Below, in pieces: positions 1-7,851 of a stretch of 64,000 nt of DNA (position 1 is the stretch's first letter; each line of letters begins with the position of its first letter). This DNA comes from a virus. Its lineage: Duplodnaviria; Heunggongvirae; Uroviricota; Caudoviricetes. Location of the stretch: positions 62,732-126,731 of the IMG/VR virus record IMGVR_UViG_3300037510_000569; one strand, given 5' to 3'. Below the pieces are notes generated by a model, which saw nothing but the letters and a program-made list of their open reading frames with translations, did no database searches and had not been told where the DNA came from. Made by a program: the position numbers and the translations under genes.

Positions 1-3
1 AAC

Positions 4-444
4 ATGCACGAGGCGGGCAAAGCTGCCGCCGTGGCGGCGCTGAAGGCGGCGCTGCCGGTTCTCCAAGCCGAAGACGACGAGGACCTCGGTCAGATTCGCG
101 CGCTGGTGATGGGTGAGGAAGGACTTGGCGACGAGGACCTCGGCTTGATCCAGAAGATCGAGCGCCTCGTCAATCTCAACCGCCGGATATGCAAGGCCGA
201 CGCCGTGATGCTCCTGACCGAGAAAGGCCACGCCGGCGCTGTCCGCTTCAAGGGGATCAAGGGGAGCATCCCCTTTGAAGTGGAGGTCTCCTACGGGGAG
301 AAAGACGACCCGCCGCTGACGATCCGCCAAGTCAAAATCACCGCGGGCTGGAAACGCCCTGACTGGCGGAAAATGGATCGCTCCGAGTTGCATGATGCCA
401 CCCAAGAGGCGCGTGACGCCACCCAAGAGGAGGCTAGGGCGTGA
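4..444 (+). CDS. hypothetical protein; the N-terminus may lie left of the window
   Basis: Long ORF with protein-like composition; its stop overlaps the next start. Confidence 0.4.
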   Translation: MHEAGKAAAVAALKAALPVLQAEDDEDLGQIRALVMGEEGLGDEDLGLIQKIERLVNLNRRICKADAVMLLTEKGHAGAVRFKGIKGSIPFEVEVSYGEKDDPPLTIRQVKITAGWKRPDWRKMDRSELHDATQEARDATQEEARA

Positions 445-532
445 CCGAGATTCAGCCCTTTGTCCACCACGGCGAGGTCACGATCTGGGGCTGGGTTCTG
501 CTGATCGTCTTCTTCTTGCGGGCAGGCGACTG

Positions 533-760
533 ATGGCTAGGAAAGTCAAGCTGATCGACGGCCCCTACGCGGGCGTTGAGGTTGAGACCAACGGCGGCGG
601 GGCGATCCTGATGGAAGGCGACTTCCCCGACGGCGGCGGGCACTCAAAGGAGGGCGAGATGGCGCGCTACCGGCCCACCCGCAACCGCGCCGAGTGGCGC
701 TTTAAGGGCTGGGATGACAGCGTGATCCGCCTGCCCCTGCCAGGAGCCTCCGATGGCTGA
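533..760 (+). CDS. hypothetical protein (75 aa)
   Basis: Internal ATG of ORF 392..760 (MARKVKLIDGPYAG...); the upstream part is Arg/Pro-rich junk. Confidence 0.45.
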   Translation: MARKVKLIDGPYAGVEVETNGGGAILMEGDFPDGGGHSKEGEMARYRPTRNRAEWRFKGWDDSVIRLPLPGASDG

Positions 761-950
761 AGCGCTGAAACTCGACGACGCGACCGTCTCGTTGATCGAG
801 GATTGGGTGAGCCGCGTCGAGCGCGCCTCCGACTTGATGGAGGACGCCGCGCAACGAATGGAAGCGGCGGCCAGCAAGCAGTCCTCGGCCGCCACAAGGA
901 TCGACAGCGCCGCGAGCACGATGTACACGGCCGCGGGCATGATGCGCTGA
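753..950 (+). CDS. hypothetical protein (65 aa)
   Basis: ATG overlaps the previous stop; coiled-coil-like composition. Confidence 0.4.
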   Translation: MAEALKLDDATVSLIEDWVSRVERASDLMEDAAQRMEAAASKQSSAATRIDSAASTMYTAAGMMR

Positions 951-1174
951 TGGGCGACTACGACCGTGCCTATGACCGCGCGCTCGACGCCGGGCTCTGC
1001 GACACCGCCGCGGCGGACTACGCCTACGACGTGTGGGCCAACCGCGCCCCCGACCCCTACCCGCAGACGATCTATGAGGAAGACGAGTACGGGGAGCGCT
1101 TCCCGGTCGGTGAACGCGGCGGCGTCACGGACCAGTATCTGGAAATCGAGTACGGCTGGAGGTGCGAGCGATGA
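950..1174 (+). CDS. hypothetical protein (74 aa)
   Basis: ATG overlaps the upstream stop (TGATG); acidic composition. Confidence 0.4.
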   Translation: MGDYDRAYDRALDAGLCDTAAADYAYDVWANRAPDPYPQTIYEEDEYGERFPVGERGGVTDQYLEIEYGWRCER

Positions 1175-1401
1175 GCGAGGTCAAGGAGAAGTGGCTGATC
1201 TGCGTTGGCGGCGGATACGGGTGCTTCGTGTTCGAGGGGACCGAGACTGAGGCCGAGGAGATGCGCCGGCACAAGGCCACCTGGGAGCAGGCGGTAGCGC
1301 GCAAGACGCGGGCCAGCGACAAGGAGAAGATCGAGAAGGAACTTGACGCCTTCGATGTCGTCGACCCCTGGCGGGCAGAGAAGCTCGCAGCGCTCGCATG
1401 A
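1171..1401 (+). CDS. hypothetical protein
   Basis: ATGA start/stop overlap with the upstream gene. Confidence 0.45.
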   Translation: MSEVKEKWLICVGGGYGCFVFEGTETEAEEMRRHKATWEQAVARKTRASDKEKIEKELDAFDVVDPWRAEKLAALA

Positions 1402-1676
1402 CGATGTATAGCTCCGGCCAGGGCAACGACGGGATCACCGTCAAAGACGCCAACTGGCGCGTCGTCAAGCGCGGCCCGATCACCTGGAGCATCGACATCT
1501 CAGGTCGCAAGGAATGGACGGGCCTCGAGGAGGGCGACCGGGTGGTCGGCCCCAAAGGGCAGGTCATGTTCATCGCCACCAAGAAGGCGATGCCCGCGCA
1601 CATCGAGAGCGACTTCGAGGAGGGCTTCGACACGAGCGGTCTCGTCGGCGAGGAAGAAGAGCTCGAGCTTGACTGA
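1398..1676 (+). CDS. hypothetical protein (92 aa)
   Basis: ATGA overlap; acidic C-terminus. Confidence 0.5.
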   Translation: MTMYSSGQGNDGITVKDANWRVVKRGPITWSIDISGRKEWTGLEEGDRVVGPKGQVMFIATKKAMPAHIESDFEEGFDTSGLVGEEEELELD

Positions 1677-1878
1677 GTGCAAGCTGTGCGGTCGCACCCT
1701 GAAGCCAGCGGAGGAGTGTGAGCCCGACGATCCTGCGATGGACTGCGGCGGGGACTGCTGGGGGTGCGTGGGGCCGACCGAGGAGGAACTGCGCCAGCTC
1801 TCGAAGCTCCCCAACGCGATCGACGCTGGCGATCTCCTGCCCGCCAAACGGGTCACGCCAGATGGGACCGAGTGGTGA
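1669..1878 (+). CDS. Cys-rich small protein, possible zinc ribbon
   Basis: CxxC...CxxxC..CxxC pattern; TTG start, so the call is uncertain. Confidence 0.35.
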   Translation: MTECKLCGRTLKPAEECEPDDPAMDCGGDCWGCVGPTEEELRQLSKLPNAIDAGDLLPAKRVTPDGTEW

Positions 1879-2147
1879 GCGACGAGCATCCCGATCGCCT
1901 GCAGGCCGATCCCAAGCTGGAACGCGAGTGGAAGTTTCGCGCCAACTTCAAGCTCGAACCGGAGCTGCCGCCTGGCACCTGGACGGTCGAGGGCGAGGTC
2001 CAAAACGACGAGATCACCAGGGCCAATCTGCTCGCTGCGGTCAACAAGCACGCGCCGGCGAAGCCGACCGTGATGGTCTCCCCGCCGGCGCACATGACGA
2101 TCTTCCCGATCATCGGCTTCGTGCCTCCCTTCAAGCCTTCGGGCTAG
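1872..2147 (+). CDS. hypothetical protein
   Basis: GTG overlaps the upstream stop; the downstream part of ORF 1764..2147 looks protein-like. Confidence 0.4.
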   Translation: MVSDEHPDRLQADPKLEREWKFRANFKLEPELPPGTWTVEGEVQNDEITRANLLAAVNKHAPAKPTVMVSPPAHMTIFPIIGFVPPFKPSG

Positions 2148-2178
2148 TTCCGTCCGTGCTGCGCGCGAGGCTTTCCAC

Positions 2179-2559
2179 ATGGATGCCACCGGAGCAGTAC
2201 GTCAGCTCGGCGGCGATGTCCGCCCCAACGAGGCCGAAAACCTCGAGGCGCTCGTCAGCGAGATCCTCATCCTCCGGCAGAAACTCGCCGACAGCGAGAA
2301 CTCTGAGGTCCGAGCGGAGCGACGGATCGGCAAGGAGATCGAGGCGCGACAGCGCGCCGAGCAGAGGGCCTCGGCAGCCGAGGATGCGCTGTCTACCATC
2401 GAGACCGCCATCGCGCGATCGCGTCGCAAAACGATCAGCGAAGGGGGTACTTTGCGCGGCGTCCGCCAGCCCGGCCGGACAGGCATCGAGCCTGCCAAGA
2501 TCGCCGGTATCGCCAAGGTCGGCGAGGGTGCCGAGTATCCGCGCATCGAGGCGCGATGA
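2179..2559 (+). CDS. hypothetical protein with coiled-coil character
   Basis: 126-aa ORF rich in E/R/A heptad-like sequence. Confidence 0.45.
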   Translation: MDATGAVRQLGGDVRPNEAENLEALVSEILILRQKLADSENSEVRAERRIGKEIEARQRAEQRASAAEDALSTIETAIARSRRKTISEGGTLRGVRQPGRTGIEPAKIAGIAKVGEGAEYPRIEAR

Positions 2560-2709
2560 GGCGGCACCTGCCGCTGCTCGCCGCCGGCGCGGCCGTCGCC
2601 TTCTTGGTCTACGTTCAGTCCCAGCTGCCGGTTTGAAGGGCTGCCCGCGGCACCCGCTGGACCCAGCGGGCCGCGAGCGCCTCGGAGAACCCTGTACCTG
2701 CGAGGAGCC

Positions 2710-3237
2710 ATGAGGGTCGCCGTCGGCTACCTCTGGCATTTCGGCTCGACGACGCTCCACAAGTTCTGGGTTGCCTTCCACCTGATGCGCTGGGTCTTCT
2801 CCGACTACCTGCGCGCGCTCGAGCACGACGACATCCCGCCGCTCCTGCTCTGGCTCGAGCTCGTCAAGCGCGCCCTGCTGCACGATCTCTCCAAGTACCG
2901 GCGTGACGAGGCCCAAGGCTTCGCCCGGACGATTCATCGGCTGGGCAGCACGCCGTATGGCACCGACGCCTACAAAGAGCTTTTGCGGGAGATCAAACCG
3001 TCGATCCAGCGCCACTACAGCCGCAACCGCCACCATCCCGAGTGGCACGCGGATGGCTATGAGGGCATGAGCCGCATCGACCGGATCGAGATGGTCGCCG
3101 ACTGGGGCGCTGCGGTGCGCCGGCACAAGGACGGCGACCTCGAGCGCTCGATCACCACCAACGCCGAGCGTTTCGGCTACGGCGACAACGAGACGATTTT
3201 CCTGCGTTCCACCGCGCGTCGAATGAGACTGCTTTAG
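2710..3237 (+). CDS. hypothetical protein with H..HD..H motifs, possible HD-type metal-dependent hydrolase
   Basis: LLHDLSKY and RHHPEWH motifs; 175 aa. Confidence 0.45.
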   Translation: MRVAVGYLWHFGSTTLHKFWVAFHLMRWVFSDYLRALEHDDIPPLLLWLELVKRALLHDLSKYRRDEAQGFARTIHRLGSTPYGTDAYKELLREIKPSIQRHYSRNRHHPEWHADGYEGMSRIDRIEMVADWGAAVRRHKDGDLERSITTNAERFGYGDNETIFLRSTARRMRLL

Positions 3238-3304
3238 TCCTCCTGGGCATCGCTCGACGACTTAGCTTTGGTAGCTTCCAAGGTCACCGACCAAGGAGGA
3301 CGAG

Positions 3305-3613
3305 ATGCAATTCACGATCAAGGACGGCAACGGCGAGACCGAGCCATCGACCTACGCTGTTTGCCCTGCGATGGGGAGTGCCTACTACCTCTACGGAGGC
3401 GATGACGCCCTTCAGCAAGTGTCGCTCGGAGAGGGCGACATCCCGGACTTCGAGCCAGTCCCGGAGGTCGAGGACCCCGAGGACAAGTTCTTCGGCGGCG
3501 GTGAAGTCGACTGGGACCGCGGCTTCGAGACCGACAGCCAGCGGATCGAAGTCTCGCGGATCAGCGAGGCGCTCAAGGGCGCGACGATCGGCCCGGTCAA
3601 GGCCGAGGTCTAA
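3305..3613 (+). CDS. hypothetical acidic protein (102 aa)
   Basis: RBS and start-associated motif ccgaccaaggagg sit 6 nt upstream of the ATG. Confidence 0.55.
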   Translation: MQFTIKDGNGETEPSTYAVCPAMGSAYYLYGGDDALQQVSLGEGDIPDFEPVPEVEDPEDKFFGGGEVDWDRGFETDSQRIEVSRISEALKGATIGPVKAEV

Positions 3614-3751
3614 CCGCCGCACCGAGGCGTATCTTGGGTCACGGTGCAAGGCCGTGGCCCAAATCGCTTCCTCCGATGGTCCTCGCCGAGGTGCGTCCGC
3701 ACCGAGGCTGGCGCCGTAAGCGAGCGCCGTCAGTAGCGTCGCCCCGTCGTA

Positions 3752-3775
3752 GGCCGCCCTCGCGCAAGGGCGGCC
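3752..3775 (+). terminator. GC-rich hairpin, putative intrinsic terminator
   Basis: ggccgccct cgcgca agggcggcc (9-bp stem) followed by a T-containing tract, just upstream of the first tRNA cluster. Confidence 0.4.
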
Positions 3776-3935
3776 TTCGTCGTTCAGGGCGTGTATCCTT
3801 GCGGAGCAGATGAACCATGATCGCTCTCATACAGCCGCCCCGCGCCGCTTCGACGGTCGAAGTTCGTCTGCCTCATCTCGATATTTGCGCCTGCGACTCG
3901 CCTAGTCGGATTCCGACTCTGGCTCAGTCGCACTA

Positions 3936-4020
3936 GGAAGGTGCTGCTGGGCTGGTCCGGCAACTGGTCTCGAAAGCCAGGGGGCGGTAATACGTCGGGG
4001 TTCGACTCCTCCACCTTCCG
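3936..4020 (+). tRNA. tRNA-Ser(CGA), class II with long variable arm
   Basis: Hand-folded: acceptor ggaaggt/accttcc, anticodon loop ctCGAaa, T-loop ttcgact. Confidence 0.7.
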
Positions 4021-4026
4021 CTACAT

Positions 4027-4101
4027 GCGCGGGTAGGCAAACCTGGCAAAGCCACTCGGTTTAGGCCCGAGGATCTGAGGGTTCGAATCCCTCCCCGCGT
4101 A
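4027..4101 (+). tRNA. tRNA with anticodon TAG (Leu) but a class-I short-variable-arm architecture
   Basis: Acceptor gcgcggg/cccgcgt, anticodon stem ctcgg/ccgag, loop ttTAGgc, T-arm gaggg-ttcgaat-ccctc, discriminator A. Confidence 0.55.
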
Positions 4102-4107
4102 CTTCAC

Positions 4108-4181
4108 GCCCCGCTGGGCAAATCGGCAAAGCCGCCCGCTTCAAACTCGGGAGCTTCCAGGTTCGACTCCTGGGCGGGGTA
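4108..4181 (+). tRNA. tRNA with anticodon CAA (Leu) but a class-I architecture
   Basis: Acceptor gccccgc/gcggggt, loop ttCAAac, T-arm ccagg-ttcgact-cctgg; its D-arm (ggcaaa..ggcaaagcc) resembles the preceding tRNA. Confidence 0.55.
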
Positions 4182-4185
4182 TTGG

Positions 4186-4274
4186 GCCGGATGCTGACGG
4201 CGACTCGGGATCGTCGGGCGGGCTGTAACCCCGTTGCCTCGCAAGGGCTAGAGGTTCGAATCCTTCATCCGGCA
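4186..4274 (+). tRNA. tRNA-Tyr(GTA), class II
   Basis: Acceptor gccggat/atccggc, anticodon stem gcggg/cccgt, loop ctGTAac, long variable arm. Confidence 0.7.
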
Positions 4275-4317
4275 TGACCCGACAAGTCCGGACTTGTCCA
4301 GACCTGCCGGGTCAGAT

Positions 4318-4400
4318 GGAAGGGCGGCAATTGGTGACGCAGCGCCCCTGCTAAGGGCGTGGGTGTAACAGCCCTGCGGGTTCGACCCCCGCCCCTTCCG
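4318..4400 (+). tRNA. tRNA-Ser(GCT), class II
   Basis: Acceptor ggaaggg/cccttcc, anticodon stem cgccc/gggcg, loop ctGCTaa, T-arm gcggg-ttcgacc-cccgc. Confidence 0.7.
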
Positions 4401-4402
4401 CT

Positions 4403-5944
4403 TCAGCCGTCGTACCTCCAAGCGGCCGGGTTGATCGAGCGAGGGCGTCGGCCGCCTTCTTTGACGGAGACCATGCCGTTAGCTTGGCGGCTGTAAACGA
4501 CTCCGCGCGTTCCATCTACTCCTCGGACGATCGGGTCCCCTTTCTCCCAGTTTTCGGGGAGCCTCTTGTCGAGCTTCACCCTCTTTACCTTCTTCGTCGG
4601 CTTGCGCTTCATTACAGCCGATGGCGTGGTCGTGGCAGGACTCTCCGGGAGCGCCAGAGCGGGCAGGTGCATCGCCAGGGAAGCCGTGCGATCGGCGTAG
4701 CGGAAGACGGCTGCGGTGTTCTCCGGCACCGTCTGCGGGACATTCGCTTCCGGGGTGACGACGATCGCCGCCGCGGGGCCGACGACGAAGACGCCAGACT
4801 CTTTCATTCGGGCGACGACACGCCCGCCAGCCCGGTATTCGGCCATGTCCGCCACATCCACGTTGCTGTTGAAGCCAGTCGCCCAGACCACGAGGTCGTA
4901 GCGAGCACCGTCGACGTAGGCACCCTCGAAGGCTACGCCCGAGCTGTCAGCGCGCCTCCGGATGGGCTTCACCCTGGCGTCGGTACCGTCGATGTCCGTG
5001 GGCAGCAGTCGAGCGATGCCCTGGTAGCGGGAGCGGTTGTTTTCCTTCCAGCCCGCACGGAACGCGCAGCTTTCCGGCACCCCATACCAGTCGATCGTCT
5101 CGATGAAGTCGAGCGACGCGACGGACATCTGGCTCGATGGACCTTGGCCAGTCATTGCCTCGATCACGGTCTTGCCCGCGTCACCAGCACCGATCACGGC
5201 GACTCGTTTCAAGCCCTGAAAGGGGAAAGGCTGATCGAGGCTGGCCAGGAACTGTGGGTAGCTCATCATCCGCTCGCCGTCCATCTCGGCGGGTCCCTTG
5301 GGTTCCCCGAGACCAGTCGCGTAGATCACGCGGGCGGTCTTGATCGTCTTGCCATCGGCGAGCGTTACGCTGGTCGAGTTTGCCTCGACTACCTCTCTCC
5401 CCACGATCACTCGTGCGTTCATTGCGAGCGCCGTGCGGATGGAGAAGGAGAGCGCGGAGTTTGGCTGGTACTCGTCGCCGCTCAAGTCGGCAGGCTGAAC
5501 CGGCGCACCAGGCAAGACGTTCAGCGCTTCGCCACGACCGGGGATGCCGAGATTGCCTGGCCGGTTGCGGCTGTTCAGGTAGAAAGTGGAATCACGGCTG
5601 ACCGCGAAGATGCCGCCAGCGCGCGGTTGCGCCTCGATCACGAGCGGTTTCGGATGGCCCTCGGCCACGCGCACCGCGCAGTAGATCGCGGCATGAAGAC
5701 CAGCGCCGACAACGATCTCCGGTGCCTCCTGCGGGACGGCGGCGCTGGCCCACATCATGTCGAGCTCTCGGTCGAACATGGCGCGCGCCTGGGGGACAAG
5801 CGCTACGCCAGTGAGTTTGGCGGCGAGGGTCGAGTCGAACTCTGGCGCGCGCGCCATCATTGCCTTTACGCCGTCGTTCATGCTCTTGTCCTGAGCGATT
5901 TTGGACAGGACAGAACCAACGCGGCTGGGGGGTCGGTCGGGCAT
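4403..5944 (-). CDS. FAD/NADPH-dependent class-B flavoprotein monooxygenase (N-hydroxylating or FMO-like) with a basic C-terminal extension
   Basis: Two dinucleotide-binding motifs (VVGAGLHAAIY and VAVIGAGDAGKTV) plus the ATG motif DLVVWATGF; own RBS gaggagaaagagaATG; start-associated motif about 36 nt upstream. Confidence 0.75.
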   Translation of the reverse strand: MPDRPPSRVGSVLSKIAQDKSMNDGVKAMMARAPEFDSTLAAKLTGVALVPQARAMFDRELDMMWASAAVPQEAPEIVVGAGLHAAIYCAVRVAEGHPKPLVIEAQPRAGGIFAVSRDSTFYLNSRNRPGNLGIPGRGEALNVLPGAPVQPADLSGDEYQPNSALSFSIRTALAMNARVIVGREVVEANSTSVTLADGKTIKTARVIYATGLGEPKGPAEMDGERMMSYPQFLASLDQPFPFQGLKRVAVIGAGDAGKTVIEAMTGQGPSSQMSVASLDFIETIDWYGVPESCAFRAGWKENNRSRYQGIARLLPTDIDGTDARVKPIRRRADSSGVAFEGAYVDGARYDLVVWATGFNSNVDVADMAEYRAGGRVVARMKESGVFVVGPAAAIVVTPEANVPQTVPENTAAVFRYADRTASLAMHLPALALPESPATTTPSAVMKRKPTKKVKRVKLDKRLPENWEKGDPIVRGVDGTRGVVYSRQANGMVSVKEGGRRPRSINPAAWRYDG

Positions 5945-5979
5945 CTCTTTCTCCTCTCGGCCCGAGTATCTCGGGCGTT

Positions 5980-6008
5980 CCTTGGTCGGGTGCCAACAAA
6001 GTTATCAG
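5980..6008 (-). promoter_or_regulatory. conserved start-associated motif copy (minus strand) upstream of the monooxygenase gene
   Basis: Reverse complement reads ctgataactttgttggcacccgaccaagga, followed by hairpin cccgagatactcggg and then the RBS. Confidence 0.5.
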
Positions 6009-6238
6009 GATTCAGACCACGCAGCTACGGCTTATTTGCTTCCCTTCCTGCAGCGCTGATAGCCTTTCTCGTATGGCCCTGTCGCCGACACGAATTACCT
6101 CGAATCCCACGGCGACTACCCGAGGGCGAAAGCCCCAGGGCCAACCCCGCCAGCTTTAGCCGGGCGCTCCTGCGGCGACCCGGCATCAGCTTCCCGCTCC
6201 GGGTTGGTCACATCCGACGCAGCAGTCATAGCTGCCAC

Positions 6239-6592
6239 ATGCCTTACGCCGACCCAGATGCACAGAGGGCTTGCAACCGTCGCTGGTATCAGCGCAATCA
6301 AAGGAAGGAGATCGAAAGAGCCAGAGCACGCAAGATCGAATTGAGGGCGTTCATCCAGTCCCAGAAGGAAGCGCCCTGTGCCGACTGCGGCGGCGAGTTT
6401 CCACCAGTCGCTATGGACTTCGATCATCGCGAGGTAGCCGAGAAGGACATGGCGGTGGCAACGCTCGCGGGCTATGGCAGCAAGACGAGAATCGAAAGAG
6501 AGATAGCGAAGTGCGACTTGGTCTGTGCCAACTGCCATCGGGTCAGGACAGCAGAGCGCAGATCGGAGTCAGAACTTTCCGCGGTGGTGTAA
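6239..6592 (+). CDS. HNH endonuclease (117 aa)
   Basis: CADCGG...DFDHRE...CANCH motif; the true start is an internal ATG of ORF 4484..6592, whose upstream part is antisense to the monooxygenase. Confidence 0.7.
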   Translation: MPYADPDAQRACNRRWYQRNQRKEIERARARKIELRAFIQSQKEAPCADCGGEFPPVAMDFDHREVAEKDMAVATLAGYGSKTRIEREIAKCDLVCANCHRVRTAERRSESELSAVV

Positions 6593-6648
6593 TGGCAGCA
6601 CGCGGCGCTCTGGACGCCGAAACGAGGGTTCGACCCCTTCCCGCGGAT
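6578..6648 (+). tRNA. tRNA-Gln(CTG)
   Basis: U1-A72 acceptor tccgcgg/ccgcgga, D-loop gtgtaatggcag, anticodon stem cggcg/cgccg, loop ctCTGga. Confidence 0.6.
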
Positions 6649-6656
6649 CTTGGAAT

Positions 6657-6729
6657 GGCGTCGTAGCTCAGTTGGCAGAGCAGGCCCCTCTTAAGGGCAA
6701 GGTCGCAGGTTCGATGCCTGCCGGCGCCA
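6657..6729 (+). tRNA. tRNA-Lys(CTT)
   Basis: Acceptor ggcgtcg/cggcgcc, D-arm tagctcagttggcagagca, loop ctCTTaa, T-arm gcagg-ttcgatg-cctgc. Confidence 0.65.
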
Positions 6730-6749
6730 CTGGAAATATTTCCAATATT

Positions 6750-6823
6750 GCGGCGGTAGCTCAGATGGCAAGAGCATCTCGCTTCCAACGAGAAGGTCGC
6801 CGGTTCGAAGCCGGCTCGCCGCT
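6750..6823 (+). tRNA. tRNA-Gly(TCC)
   Basis: Acceptor gcggcgg/tcgccgc, anticodon stem tctcg/cgaga, loop ctTCCaa, T-arm gccgg-ttcgaag-ccggc. Confidence 0.7.
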
Positions 6824-6824
6824 T

Positions 6825-7352
6825 ATGAGGACATTCGACAAGGGCAATATCGCTGAGGCCGCTTGGGTCTCCTTCTTTACTCGCTGCGGCGATGTCGTGC
6901 TTCTGCCTTTCGGCGGCGGCGCACGCTATGACCTCGCAGTTGATCGAGGGAACGGACTGGAGCGGGTGCAGGTCAAGACCGCTCGCCGTCGGGGAGAAGT
7001 GCTGCGAATCCCAACCTGTTCCGTTATGCCCGACCGAAGCCAGAGCAAGCGCTATACGGCCGAGGAAATTGATCTCCTCGCGGCATATTGGCCGGAGGAG
7101 GATCGCTACTTCCTGATCGCCGTAGACGATCTGCCAGCGACGGAGATCAACTTGAGGCTCAATCCGGCGAAAAACGGACAACAAGCTGGTATCCGAGATG
7201 CCCTGGCCTACGAGGTCGTACCGATCCCTAAGATTTCCCTTTCTGCCCGTCGAGCTCACGTTGGCTTCGAGCACTCCCCTCGTAAGGGAGAGGACGCAGG
7301 TTCGATTCCTGTGACGGGCTCTGCGGCTTCGGCCGCCACCCTGGACGGGTAG
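6825..7352 (+). CDS. PD-(D/E)xK-type nuclease-like protein; its 3' end runs through tRNA-Thr
   Basis: ATG 2 nt after tRNA-Gly; motifs YDLAVD ... LERVQVKT (D..ExK); the C-terminal about 35 aa are junk-like and overlap the tRNA at 7245..7320, so the true end is unclear. Confidence 0.45.
   Translation: MRTFDKGNIAEAAWVSFFTRCGDVVLLPFGGGARYDLAVDRGNGLERVQVKTARRRGEVLRIPTCSVMPDRSQSKRYTAEEIDLLAAYWPEEDRYFLIAVDDLPATEINLRLNPAKNGQQAGIRDALAYEVVPIPKISLSARRAHVGFEHSPRKGEDAGSIPVTGSAASAATLDG
7245..7320 (+). tRNA. tRNA-Thr(CGT)
   Basis: Acceptor gcccgtc/gacgggc, D-stem gctc/gagc, anticodon stem ctccc/gggag, loop ctCGTaa, T-arm gcagg-ttcgatt-cctgt. Confidence 0.7.
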
Positions 7353-7417
7353 CTGAGTCCGGTCCAAGCGCCGCTCTGATAAGGCGGTCTACGAAGGTTC
7401 AAATCCTTCCCCGTCCA
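7343..7417 (+). tRNA. tRNA-Ile(GAT)
   Basis: Acceptor ggacggg/cccgtcc, anticodon stem ccgct/ggcgg, loop ctGATaa, T-arm gaagg-ttcaaat-ccttc. Confidence 0.7.
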
Positions 7418-7423
7418 CTTCGG

Positions 7424-7494
7424 TCCCTCGTGGCGTAGCGGCAACGCATCCGACTGTTAATCGGAAGTCCTTGGTTCAAATCCAAGCGAGGGAG
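7424..7494 (+). tRNA. tRNA-Asn(GTT)
   Basis: Acceptor tccctcg/cgaggga, D-stem gcgt/acgc, anticodon stem tccga/tcgga, loop ctGTTaa, T-arm cttgg-ttcaaat-ccaag. Confidence 0.7.
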
Positions 7495-7579
7495 CTTGAG
7501 CGAGATGCGGGAGTCGCTAAGCTGGCGGTGCGATGGCTGCTCGCCGAAAATCGCTGCGACATCCCTAGCCCGACAACTT

Positions 7580-7653
7580 GGGGGCGTAGCTCAACGGCTT
7601 AGAGCGCTGGACTTTTAATCCGGGAGATGGCGGTTCGAATCCGCTCGCCCCTA
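7580..7653 (+). tRNA. tRNA-Lys(TTT)
   Basis: Acceptor gggggcg/cgcccct, anticodon stem ctgga/tccgg, loop ctTTTaa, T-arm ggcgg-ttcgaat-ccgct. Confidence 0.7.
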
Positions 7654-7655
7654 CT

Positions 7656-7728
7656 GCGGCCGTCGTCTAATTGGTCAAGACTTCGGGATGTGGCCCCGAC
7701 AATGCGGATTCGAGTTCCGCCGGTCGCC
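7656..7728 (+). tRNA. tRNA-His(GTG)
   Basis: Acceptor gcggccg/cggtcgc with discriminator C, anticodon stem tcggg/cccga, loop atGTGgc, T-arm gcgga-ttcgagt-tccgc. Confidence 0.7.
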
Positions 7729-7851
7729 TTGACTCAGATAGGGTGCGCGATGCTGATCGGCACTGAGGTCCGGGCCGACCCCCTGCCGTCGCCCGGACCT
7801 CCCTTTACCCTCATCAGGTAGCCTCCCAGCACCCGACCAAGGAGTTGCCCG

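Noticed and set aside
3871-3935. Possible sixth tRNA ahead of tRNA-Ser(CGA)
   Set aside because: The hairpins here (cctagtcggattccgact, gactcgcctagtc) do not give a cloverleaf; the T-loop would be only 3-4 nt. More likely a processing or terminator structure.
4484-6238. Most of the 702-aa plus-strand ORF 4484..6592
   Set aside because: It is antisense to the well-supported monooxygenase gene and is Arg/Gly/Asp-rich with no motifs. Only its last 117 codons (the HNH endonuclease, 6239..6592) look real.
6525-6824. Upstream part of ORF 6525..7352
   Set aside because: It overlaps tRNA-Gln, tRNA-Lys and tRNA-Gly; the protein-like part begins at the ATG at 6825.
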